DNA of 53,344 bases from Welwitschia mirabilis (taxonomy: Eukaryota). The DNA lies in assembly GCA_051453625.1 (NCBI GenBank), contig JBOZIK010000001.1, positions 3,796,195 to 3,849,538 on the forward strand, given 5' to 3'. Every line of letters starts with the position of its first letter. The stretch's first letter is position 1. Of this stretch, positions 37,426-49,391 are shown one piece after another. The notes beneath the pieces are model-generated. The model was not told where the DNA came from and did not search any database. It saw only the letters and a list, made by a program, of their open reading frames with translations. A program made the position numbers and the translations under genes.

Positions 37426-38843
37426 AATTCTTTCAAATTAAATACATTGTTTTACTAAAAATTAAGAAAAAGAGGCTTTCTCTATGCATAAACAGAAACA
37501 CTTGCTAAGTGGAAGAATTAAAATGAAAATTATTAGTCCCTTTCTTAGTTAAAAATTATTTGACACCCTAGGTTTTGATGCATTCTTTTAATTTTAGATT
37601 CATAATATTAAATATTTCTGCACCTTGAAAGACATCTAAAATGATAAAAATAAATTCCTATAAATTTTAAAGATGTTTACTGATATAAATTTTAAACTAT
37701 TACTTAGAGGTAGTGAAGACATCTATTAACTTCAAGGCATCTATAACAAAAACACTAGACACCTACCTGTTTAAAAGACATATGTTCTACTTTTTCAATA
37801 GTTGACATCTAAAGACATCTATATCATTAAAAGAAAAATTTAAATAGACATTTTCATCTTTAAAGACATCTTTAACTTGGACATCTTTAACTTAGAGAAA
37901 ATATCTAAGACCTCATTCTTATGTGTAAGAAAGGCCACTTATGTGAAAAAAGAATAGTCATCAACAATAATTGAATAATATCTTTTTCATTAAAACTTTT
38001 AATATAAGATGGACTACCAATATCAAGACATATAAGGTCTAATGAATTATTAGTAGTAATAAAATTTTTCTTAATAAATCTTACCATTGTTTTCTTTTAC
38101 TTTTGACAAGCTTCACAAACCTAGTCATCAAAATTTTGTAATTTTGAAAGTCTTATTACCATGTCTTTGAAGAACAAATCCTTTAATAGGTCTTTGTTCA
38201 CATGTCCATTCTTTCTATGTCATATCTTTGAATTGCCTGCAGTACTTAGCAAATACTTGATGTCTTTTTTAGAGATATCTTACAAAATAGTAACACACAT
38301 ATTTGATTTTCTAAGTTTAACAAAAAGAATCTTGTTTGAATTGTACTTTTTTATGATACAATCATCTTTAGTAAAATTTATAGAGAAATTTGCATTACGT
38401 AATTGACTAGCACTACATAAACTATGTTGTAAACCTTCAACATAAAATATATCTTTTGCCTTAGCTAGATTACTTCCTTTAAAGGTTTTAATACTTTTAA
38501 TTGGTGCTTCCATGTTGTTGCCATAGTGACCATAGCTTTGTCTTACTCAACTAAGGAAGTAAAACTTGATTTATTACCAGTTAGATGTTTAGAGCATATA
38601 CTATCAACATACCAGACATGTCTCTTCATGGCACATAACATAATCTAAGATAAGAGTGTTGGCCTTGATTTTGGAATTCAAACCTTCTTTGGTTTTACTT
38701 TTACAAAACATTGTACTATTCTCTTTGGCCTCTTGGTCCTATTAGCAAAGTATCTATTACTAAACTTGAATGGACAATTAACTTGATAAAGACCACATTT
38801 TTAATAATAATAGGTAATATTATTATGTAAGCTACATACTCAT
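37426..38843 (-). mobile_element. Fragment of a third Copia/SIRE-like element E (gag end, protease, integrase start, then deletion into a motif-rich non-coding region)
   Basis: WYVDSICSKHLTGNKSSF (about 38561-38614), YVEGLQHSLCSASQL, VCEACQK and VAFLTHKNEV; collinear with D 33660-34580. Confidence 0.85.
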
Positions 38844-40208
38844 TATTAGCATGTAAAAATTGGCATTCAAGTCAAGATAAATCACCAAATTATCTTAATA
38901 GAAGACATTCATATAATCAATTTTATTATAAAAACATGTCTTCTATTGATTTCTATATTAATTTTGAACTTATCATTTTCCCATGACATTTTTAGGTTAA
39001 TTATAATATTTTGAGGAACTTTGCAAAAGATTATGATTATTCAAGCTAAAACACTAATGCTGTTGTCTAGGACTACTAGCACCATTGGTCATTCTAGGTA
39101 GATCACCTCAAATTTTATGTTATTGAATTGTCACCAAAAATGAGATCAGATGCAGTTATGGGCTTGATCAAATTTTACCTTGAAAATAACTTGCATCTTT
39201 GATGAAATGTAGTAATGATGACAACAACATGTAGTAGTAACATGTGGCATCACTAAGTAGGAGGATAGTAGAGACACATGATGATGATAGTAGTTAGCAT
39301 TAGTAGTAGCATAAAGGAGCTGAGTGTTGACTACGTCATAAGAATCTCTACATAATGAATAGATGATAAAATGCTCCTCCTAATGCCATCATTAATTAAT
39401 CACTCATCTAATGCTACAAGCCAAAAGGCTTGTAGCCATTCCTCACCCCCATCCTTACCTGTAGATGAGCCCTAAGCCCTTTATTATAATTATCCTTCAT
39501 TTGGAAAAAGTATAAAGTCTTTGGAGTGTTAGCTATGATGGTCTTCTGAGGAGCTCCTTGGGGAGTGAGATTGCTTTAGATGATAGTCCAAGAATTCATT
39601 TCTTCTTTCTTTAACTTTGATGTAATGTTCTTATTTTTTATTTAATTTCAAAGGGTTTTTTTTATTATTATTAGTTTTAATTCATTTTGTAGTAGAAATG
39701 CTTAAGTAACATGCACTATCAAGTCTTATGTTGGTCAACTGAGTGAATTTGTTAAGTTAATTGATCTATCTTAATAATTTCATGGATCTTATGCACTGAA
39801 AAGTTTATACTTTACATTTTTATTATTAGGCTATGAAGGATCAGTGACTTTCAAATTCACTAATACTCAAATGATGAATGAGATTATATTACCATAACTC
39901 AAGTCTTTACACTTAATAGTCTAAAGTTATTTTTAGGAGAGTGCATCATATGGTCGAGTGAGGAATCATTGAAGGATAAATTAGATCAACACTTAGAACT
40001 ATTTTAGTTCCTTTTTTTTAGATAAAGTTTCAAAATAAATTTCTAAAACTCTCTTCTTTTTACCTTTTCTCTTTTTTAATTTGTAACTTACAAGTTTAGT
40101 AATAGTTTATGTAATTTCTATTTAGATAACCCTAATTATTCCTATGGAATAATGATACTTCTTCTTATCTAGTTTTAAATCTAATTCATATATATATAAA
40201 CAAATACA
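38844..40208 (+). repeat. 5' LTR of C1
   Basis: TATTAGCATGTAAAAATT...CAAATACA; direct repeat of 43784-43830 plus 45322-46641. Confidence 0.85.
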
Positions 40209-40949
40209 ATTTTAGCACCATTGCTAGGGATAATGGTATTATGACTGCTAAAAAGATAGGAATTTTTATTTTTTATAATTTTTAGGTAGTTTTTATTTTT
40301 CTAGTGATGGGTACTAGTCCTCTCCAGTGATACTTAAACTAGTCTATTTTCTCTTTCTTTTGTATATTTGTTTATCTTTTCTTTCTGGTGATTGGTAATG
40401 GTCATTTTTAGTGATACCGAAACTAGTTCTTTTTTGAGTTTTTTTAAAGTTTTTTTGCTCTAACTTGATTTGGTTGTAATTCTAATAGTTTTTATTCATG
40501 TTTTAGCCTAGGAGCAAAAAAACTAAAATTTAACTCACTTTGCATGGTTTTCATTCTACATTTCAAATTCTAGTTTTAATTTTCTATGCAAGCTTACTAT
40601 TAAAAATACTAAAAATATAAAAAAATTTAATTAGTTTTTATTAAGAGTAGATTTGTGTGCATTTCCATTTTTATTTCTATTTTTTGTAACCCTATAATAC
40701 TCTTCGATCTACAAGACATTTACAAAACTCCATGTTTTTACTGAAACTATAAGTTTCATTCTAATTGACACTGTTACCTTTTCTAACCAGTGTCACTAGT
40801 CATTTTACTTAGAACTATTTGAAATTTTATGGAATTTCTTCCCTAGACTATCTAAAATTTTTTGTATATCATGTCCCTCTAAAAACTTAAAAAGTTAAGA
40901 AAATGTAACTTTATAAGTACATTTCATAATCCATTTTCTAAAAACTTAA

Positions 40950-42130
40950 CGTGAGTTGGGTGTATAATTGCTTTGAAACACCATCTGAATGCCACTATTT
41001 TGGCCTATGGAGACTATGATAATCCTTATAACATGCCTAATTACATTTGACCTAAAAATGTAAGAGATTTTATTTAGCCTAAGAAAACTGTAGGCAACTA
41101 TATCAATGATCCTAATCATTCATCATCTTTTCCTTATTCATTTGACTAACACTCTTCATATACTAATCAAACTCCTTATATTGAATTTAAAACATCTTAT
41201 TTTGAATAAGTGTTTAATCCCATACCTTTTATTACACCTCATGACCCTTATCCTTTATCACTTGATTCTTATCATTCATCTTCCTTCATGCAACAACCTT
41301 CATCCACCTCATTTGAGGAGTTGGTAAAAACTTTTATGGATGCTCAAAACCAAATTAACTAAAATCATAAGAGAACTTTGAAATAACACTTCTATTTCCT
41401 AAGTAACCTTCAAAAAATCCTCTAATAAATAACCTAAAATAGTGTTCAAATCATTAGAACTCTTAACCAGTAAAGAGGAGACATTTCTATAATCCATTAA
41501 TGTAAGAGTCTTACAAGCACTAAAAGAATTAAGGATAGGAAAACCAATGATATTCAAGACATATCCTTTATTATTAATTAAAAAAACCAATGAAGAAATA
41601 CATTAGAATCTTAAATATAGGAATGCACTAGTAAATGATTAATTATGTATAAGAAATCTATACTTTGGTAAAGGGATAAACATATTAGAGGATAATTTAT
41701 AAGATGAACAACAATGTGAGGAAGGCTATAACTTAGATAGTTATACGGAAAAGGATGAATCATTAATTAAATTTAATTAAGAAAGAATTGAATTACAACT
41801 CCTATTACTTAAGCAATCACATGAGGAGGAACCCACTAGTGACCTTAATGAGAAAAATAACATTAGTAAAAATCCTATACTTAATCCATTCTATTAGAAT
41901 TCCTCTCAAAAACTTCATAAGCTAATCATTTCATCTTTACCTTTATGTACTAAGTAAAACCTAAGCCTTAATAAAGAAGACAAAACTTCTACAAAATTAA
42001 AACCAACTTTTAAAGACATTAATTCTTCTAATTAATACTTATCTTATTAAGTAGTTTCTAATTCATTTTTATCTTCTTTTCAAAATGATGTCTTGTAAGA
42101 GTCATTAATTAAATATAAACAAGATAAGGG
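40950..42130 (+). pseudogene. Decayed ORF remnant of C1 (possibly gag C-terminal derived)
   Basis: Pro/His/Tyr/Asn-rich stretch followed by SFEELVKTFMDAQNQIN; homologous to 5340-6567. Confidence 0.4.
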
Positions 42131-43830
42131 ATGGAATACTATGATCTTAAATGCATAAACTTTGCTACCTATATTAATGTTCTCTTAAATTTCATAAACT
42201 CTTGTATAAAAGTTTTCCTAGATTCTCTTCTAGTTCAAAATACTTTGTAAGGTTTCAAATCATTCGACCTTGATTTCCACACTTTTAAGCCTTCACATAC
42301 ATATCACGTTAGAGAATTCTTAGTTTTATTATATTTTTTTTAGGTTATATTTATTTTAGAAAAAAATAAAAACTTTAAAAACATGTGTGCTTGATGATCT
42401 CTATCAGCTAAAACCTCAAAAGCACTATCATCTGTATAACCATTGCCTTAAACCATTTTACTTAGAAAATCCCAAAGATCTTCCTCTTATGTCCCTTTAT
42501 TTGTCCTTCCATTTCCTAATAACCCGTTAAGTCAATGAACCTTCATCTTAACCATCACTCTATTAATTTTTAAGACTTACAAATCCAAGTTGATGGCCTT
42601 AAATAAAAATTAGTATTAAGTGATCTCATCATTTCCTAAGTAACAGTTTTAATTTAGTTTATTTATGAGTTTTTAAGAAAGATATATACTTATTTCAAGT
42701 GTTATTGATAAAAGCATATTTACTTAAGGTTTTCAATTTTAGTAAGAATTAGTTAAAAAGGTGGGATTTACCTTTATATATATTCCTTAAGCTTAAAACC
42801 TTTGATAGGAATAAAACTTTTATTGATTAGGCTAATGAGTCAATGACCCCTCTAATGTGCATTAAAAAAATGAATATGAAAAGATGAATAAAATAAAAAT
42901 AATATATCTCATCTTTAACACACATGATATTAGTTAGTTAATTGGATTTAGTTAACTACATTGGGGCTATGAATGCTCATTGATAATGTAGCTTTAATGA
43001 TCTATTTTATGATATGTTTGACTACATTAGGGCTATATACACTTGCTAGAAATGCAAAAATAACTCCTTTATACATCAACATGCTTAGTCCTATTAGAAG
43101 GAGATATCATAATACTAGATGACCAATGTGATTTAAAGGATTAAATTAAGGACATACATGCTAGTAGAAATGAAATTAAAGGAAAGAAAAAGGTATGAAT
43201 TGAAGGATTTATATAATCTATTGTCTTTTAACTTACATACTTAGGATTTATTATGATTTCTTAAATTTGTATAAGTTACTTGATAAAACTATGCTTATTT
43301 GATATTTAGATCCATAAAAAATTAAAAAAAAATATTAAAGGCCATTAACTCAGATAGGTTTGCTTATTTATTCATTGGTTTAAGATTAAGTCCATTATCA
43401 TATTTTCATTTTCCATCTTTATCATCTATTCCACTTCACCCCTGTTTCATAAAAAATAAAACTCAAGGCATAAACCACTTTGACTTATTATTTTTATTTT
43501 GCATTAGTTAGTTTTTCCTTATTCTCAAATTCTTTTAACACTTTTCACCATATAACTTTGAGGATAAAGTTCAATTTTAGTTAGGAAGTATGGCATCTAG
43601 TTTTCACATCAACATTTTACCAATCTTTCCATTTTGATGCCTTAATTATAGAAAATTAATTATAAAGTTTTTCAAAGTCATATCATTTTCACACTTGAGT
43701 GCTTTGACTTAGACAATTTTTCTATGATTAACCATGTCATTATCCTTTTTTCAAGGCACTAGTAAAAGTCTAGTTAGGGGGTGTATTAACATGTAAAAAT
43801 TAACATTCTAGTCAATTTAAATAATAAAAT

Positions 43831-45321
43831 TGAATGATCTAGAACCCTAAAATGGGGTAAATAATATTTAAAAAATAAATTGAAAGACTTCCTTCATAAA
43901 GTATTGAATAGTAAAAATATTTGTGCATATGAAATAACCAAAATGATCTGAAAGAAAATTAATTGAAAATAGAAAATACCAATGAAGATTAACAGAAACA
44001 TGATTTATAGTGGTTTGAAAAATGCCCTACCATACTCTTGATAATTATCTTCTATCTAAGACTAATTTGGATCTTTATTACTCACTTTCCAGGTATCTTA
44101 GGTGCACTTGTAACCTTTTACAATCAGACTTTTCAGAGACTTACTCTCAACCTTTTGAGAGAATGATTTTTGATGTTAATAATATGTAACAATGCATAAG
44201 TTTCACCAGATATAAAGTACAACAATGATAATACTATACTATTTAAAAATGATATCACAAATCCAAGTACATATAGTATAAAATGATTGANNNNNNNNNN
44301 TTAGGGTTTTACAAGTAGATCTAATACTTTAATAAATGAAAACAGGAAGGCAATGGCTAGAAAAATCTTATTTTCATTATGATCAGTCAACCCCTTGAAA
44401 TGTCTAGCTTACTCCATTGAGTGCCATCACTAAAATTGGTTAACCCCATCTTCTTCCAATAAACCTGAGTTCTTTATATATTCATGTTCAATCAACCCTA
44501 TTAGGGATCCAATCAACCACATAAGTTTAGGACCAGTCGACTACATTTTAGTCTAGTTGACCCCATATGAAGAATAACGAAAAACATGTTTAGCCCAGGT
44601 ATAATCAACCCCTTAGGAATCCAGTCGACCCCTTGATAATAAAAGGTTCAAAATTTTTTTAGTCCATGTCTAGTTAATCCTTTAGGAGTCTCGTCGATCC
44701 CTTAATGAAAATATATGACAAATTATTATATAGGTTCTGTCAACTCCTCAGGAACCAGTCAACCCCTGTGAGGGTCTAAAACTTGTTAAGTTCAAGCATG
44801 GCTAGTGAGAAATGTTTATTGCTTCCAACTTATAAGGATTTAATATTTTCTATAAGGAATACAACATATTTTACTACATCATAAAATATTAGTTTAACAT
44901 CAACTTGGTAAATTATAACTTAACACAAACTACCTTAATTAAAGACATTACTATAATTCATTTTATCATAAAAAGATATCTCTATTAATTTCTAGTCTAG
45001 TCAGCCCCTTAGGAATCTAGCCAACCCCTTGATAATAAAAGGTTCAAAATATTTTTAGTCCATGTCTGGTTAACCCTTCAGGAGTCTGGTCGACCCCTTA
45101 ATGAAAAGATATGACAAATTATTACATAGGTTCTATCAACCCCTTAGGAACCAGTCAATACCTCTGAGGGTCTGAAACTTATCAGGTTCAAGCATGGCTA
45201 GTGAGAAATTTTTATTGCTTCCAACCTACAAGGATTTAATATTTTCTATAAGGAATACAACATATTTTACTATACCATAAAATATTAGTTTAACATCAAC
45301 TTGGCAAATTATAACTTAACA
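43831..45321 (-). mobile_element. Probable solo LTR of a B-related SIRE family (F), with a post-insertion 396-bp tandem duplication
   Basis: TGAATGATCTAGAACCC is the reverse complement of the B LTR end, and CAACTTGGCAAATTATAACTTAACA is the reverse complement of the B LTR start. GTCGAC motif array present. A 10-N gap lies at 44291-44300. Confidence 0.8.
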
Positions 45322-45390
45322 TAAACTACCTTAATGAAGGACATTAATATAATTTATTTTATCATAAAAACATATCTCTATTAACTTCTA
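44599..45390. repeat. Tandem duplication, 2 x 396 bp
   Basis: 44599-44994 and 44995-45390 are collinear with scattered substitutions. Confidence 0.92.
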
Positions 45391-46653
45391 TATTAATTTT
45401 TAACTTATTGTTTTTCTATAAAATCTTTAGATTAATTATCATATTTTGAGAGACCTTGCAAAAGATGATAATTATTTAAGATAAAATATTGATGCCATCA
45501 TCTAGGACTATTAGTGCTACTATTTATTTTGTGTAGGTAACCTCAAATTTTATATTCCTTAATTCTCATGAAAAATGAAGTCAAATGCAATTATGGGTTT
45601 GATGAAATTTTACCTTGAAAATAACTTACACCTTTAATGACATGTGGTGGTGTTAATGATGATGACCAATAGTGACATGTGTTATTGCTAAGTAGGATAA
45701 GGGTGGAGACACATGGCAATGATAGTAGTTAGAATCAACAGTAGCATCTAGGAGCTAAGTGTTGACTACATCATAAGAATTTTTATTTATTAAATAGATG
45801 ATAAAATGCTTTATTGAATGCCATCATTATGTAATTGCTCATATAATGCTATAAATCAAATGCTTATAACTATCCCCAACCCCCATCCTTACCTATAAAA
45901 GGACCTTAAGTACCTTATTATGATCATCCTTTATTTAGGTAAAGTATAGAGTCTTTAGAGCATCATTCATAGTGGCCTTCTGAGCACCCCTTTAGGGAGT
46001 GAGCTTGCTTTGAAGAATAGTCTGAGGAGTCTTTTTTTCTTTTTTTGTCTTTGATGTGATGTTCCTATTTCTGATTCAATTCTAAAGAGTGTTTTCTATT
46101 GATTATTAGTTTCAATTCATTTTATATTAGGAATGCTTAGGTAACACGCATTATCAAGTTTTATTTTGGTTAACCAAGTGAATTTATAAAGTTAATTGAC
46201 CTAAGTCTTAGTAATTCCATGGATCTTGTGCACTTTAAAGTTCATACTTTCCATTTTTATTACTAGGCTATTAAGTATTAGTGACTTTCAAATTCACCAA
46301 CACCTAAATGGTAAATGAGATTATGTCATCATGACCTAAGCCTTTACAGTTGATGGTTTGAATTTTTTTTGGGATAATGCAGCATATGATCAAGTGTGAA
46401 ATCTCAAAATGACAAATCAAGTGGACACTTGGAGCTTTCTTACTTTTCACTTTTCTAGAGAAAGTTTCAAAACTAATTTTTCAACCTCTTTTATTTTTTT
46501 CTTTTTTTTCTTTAATTTGTAACTTATAAGTTTAGTAAGAGTTTGTGTAATTTCTATTTAGCTAATCCCAATTATCCCTATAGAAGAATAATACTAGGTT
46601 CTTATCTAGTTTTAAATCTAGTTCATATACTTAAATAAACACCTATACCTTGG

Positions 46654-47032
46654 CTTATTGCCTGCATTGCTTAGGATTTAATGAAAGTATTTCCTAATTG
46701 ATTTAGGTTATAAGGGTTGATCTTGATGACAAAGGTCTGTACTTAAGTAGATCTATTACTTAGAGTATTTTTCATTACATTTTATTTATAAGCATTACAT
46801 TAGCATTATCTTGCATTGTATTTATGCATTACTCTTATTTGCATTTATCTAAATGAAAAAAGATAAAAATACTTTATCAAAATTAATTCTCTAACTTTGA
46901 GCCTAGCGCCTCCAATGAATTACAACATTTGGGTTCACTCCCATCTATACTTGCATGTATTTTATGCAAGTATTTGTGGTCAATAGGGTTTTTCCTAAGG
47001 ACTTAAAGATTGCATAAATATGCACCACAACA
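46654..47032 (+). repeat. 3' part of an Athila-family LTR (G), opposite orientation to A1/A2
   Basis: Ends TGCATAAATATGCACCACAACA, the reverse complement of the LTR ends at 1854, 7774 and 27738. No PBS follows. Confidence 0.8.
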
Positions 47033-48210
47033 TTATATAATAAGTTATTTATAATAATAATGTTATATGAAAGATGTCGAATCCCAAATTTTCTTTTTTT
47101 CTTTCTTTCATTGCTTCTTTTTCCCCCGTACTAGAAGAATTAATTTTACAACATCAAAATGCAGAAGATAGTTAATAATTCAAAATGTACAATAAAAAGT
47201 AGGTATACTATAAAAAATAGAAGAAAAAGCAGTATGAAAGAATAAAATACTAAAGTTAAAAAAATTATATCAACTGTAATTTGGAGTAAATCAAGGCATT
47301 ATTAATTACCTTAAAAAGTCCATTTATAATTTCTCCTTCACATAATAGACATGAATATGAAAAGATGCTAATCAAAGAAATATTTCATTTTTCCTACAAA
47401 TTCAAGAAAAAGGAAATGAAAAAACGTGGTGTTCTAAAGTGTAAACACTTCTTCTTTTCCACAGGAAATAAAGAATATATAGTCTAATGTCATTCTAAAA
47501 AAACAAAGTATTAAGCTTAGTCTAAATTCCAATTGATTCCTGAAAGCATGATGTCAAAATTCATGGAAATATAATAAAGAATAATAGAACTAAAATTCCA
47601 TGAATTTCTAATAAATAGATAATAAACAAAACATGCAAAATATCATCCTCTTAATTACAAACTGGACAACATGAATCTAACACTTCTCAATGTTGTAGGT
47701 GATTACCAAAAGAAAGATCTTAAAAAATTTAATACCAAAGAAAGTGCTTAGTCTTAAAAAAATCTAAAATCTTTCAAATTTTTCTTAAAGTATAAATTTA
47801 AAGATATAATTCATGTTTCATGTGCCATTAGGGTTAGAAATAGCTCCTACATAAGTAGCATTCAATAAAAACATGTAGGCTTTTCTTAAGGAATATGGAA
47901 GAAAAGGTGTGTAATCTACTCAATATAAATCCTTTATATGAGAAGGGCAATTATATAAGATATAAAAGCATGAATCAATAATTCTTAAATTTTAATGAAA
48001 TATTTCCAAATGCTAAGAGAATTCCCTTATATGTATTGAGAATCCAAAAAGTCGATCTAGTCATTTCATGCCCATAAATTTTATAAAGAATTTAATCCTT
48101 TTAGTAATCCATCTTGTAGATATCTTGGAATTTATAATTGCTAAAGGAGAATAAGTAAGAGATAACCATGAAGAAATAATATATTAAAGCAAAATTATAT
48201 GAATTTTTAT

Positions 48211-48390
48211 ACATGTATAAGAAATAAAAGAATGAAGCCTTTACCAAGCCTTACAAACACTTTTAAAAACATGTACACCTTGAATGCTAGTATCATATGG
48301 ACATGTCCAAGAAATAAAAGAATGAATCCTTTGCCATGTCTTCCAAACACATTTAACATTATGTGTACCTTAAATGCTAATTTAGATGAA
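48211..48390. repeat. Tandem duplication, 2 x 90 bp, within LINE ORF2
   Basis: ACATGT..AAGAAATAAAAGAATGAA.CCTTT occurs at 48211 and 48301. Confidence 0.88.
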
Positions 48391-48408
48391 GTAAAAATCA
48401 AATTAATC

Positions 48409-48940
48409 NNNNNNNNNNNNNNNNNNNNNNNNNNNNNNNNNNNNNNNNNNNNNNNNNNNNNNNNNNNNNNNNNNNNNNNNNNNNNNNNNNNNNNNNNNNN
48501 NNNNNNNNNNNNNNNNNNNNNNNNNNNNNNNNNNNNNNNNNNNNNNNNNNNNNNNNNNNNNNNNNNNNNNNNNNNNNNNNNNNNNNNNNNNNNNNNNNNN
48601 NNNNNNNNNNNNNNNNNNNNNNNNNNNNNNNNNNNNNNNNNNNNNNNNNNNNNNNNNNNNNNNNNNNNNNNNNNNNNNNNNNNNNNNNNNNNNNNNNNNN
48701 NNNNNNNNNNNNNNNNNNNNNNNNNNNNNNNNNNNNNNNNNNNNNNNNNNNNNNNNNNNNNNNNNNNNNNNNNNNNNNNNNNNNNNNNNNNNNNNNNNNN
48801 NNNNNNNNNNNNNNNNNNNNNNNNNNNNNNNNNNNNNNNNNNNNNNNNNNNNNNNNNNNNNNNNNNNNNNNNNNNNNNNNNNNNNNNNNNNNNNNNNNNN
48901 NNNNNNNNNNNNNNNNNNNNNNNNNNNNNNNNNNNNNNNN
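48409..48940. other. Assembly gap (N run)
   Basis: Run of N. Confidence 1.
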
Positions 48941-49347
48941 NATCAGATGAATATTCTTCCATATTTGATAGTTCTTAGAAAATGAATTCTTACATTTTGA
49001 GTAATAATAATGTAGAAACTAGGAAAGTAAAAATGAATCTTTAAAGAACTACTTTAGTCACTAAACTAACTCTTGAGAATATAAATTAATGAAATCTAAA
49101 CCATTCTTTTATTTAGACAAGGAAATAATATCTCTAATGACTCTATAAAGCCATTTTTTACCTTCTTCATAAGATCATATAAAGCTTTGAAGCAATTTCT
49201 GAATTTAAAATAAGTAAACTTTAAAAGAGCCTAATAAGAAAGATAATAAAATGGATAGATGAAATGATAGGTTTACAAACTAAACATTGACCTATAAGAA
49301 AAAGATATTTTTTACTCCCTTTTTTTCCCTCTTTATTGAATTCTTTA

Positions 49348-49391
49348 CAATGTATAATCCAATAGCTTATCAATGTATAATCCAATAGCTT
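49348..49391. repeat. Short tandem duplication, period 23 bp
   Basis: CAATGTATAATCCAATAGCTT at 49348 and 49371. Confidence 0.9.

Larger units (their letters stand above)
38844..46641 (+). mobile_element. Pol-less Athila-derived LTR element C1
   Basis: LTRs 38844-40208 and 43784-46641 (the latter interrupted); PBS TAGCACCATTGCTAGGGA (40213-40230); PPT TAGTTAGGGGGTG (43771-43783); flanks CTCAT/CCTAT consistent with a decayed CCCAT TSD; 3.6-kb internal region without pol motifs. Confidence 0.85.
43784..46641 (+). repeat. 3' LTR of C1, interrupted by a SIRE LTR
   Basis: 43784-43830 and 45322-46641 together reproduce 38844-40208. Confidence 0.85.

Noticed and set aside
41106..41327. His/Leu-rich 73-aa ORF
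   Set aside because: Off-frame reading of the low-complexity ORF remnant in C1.
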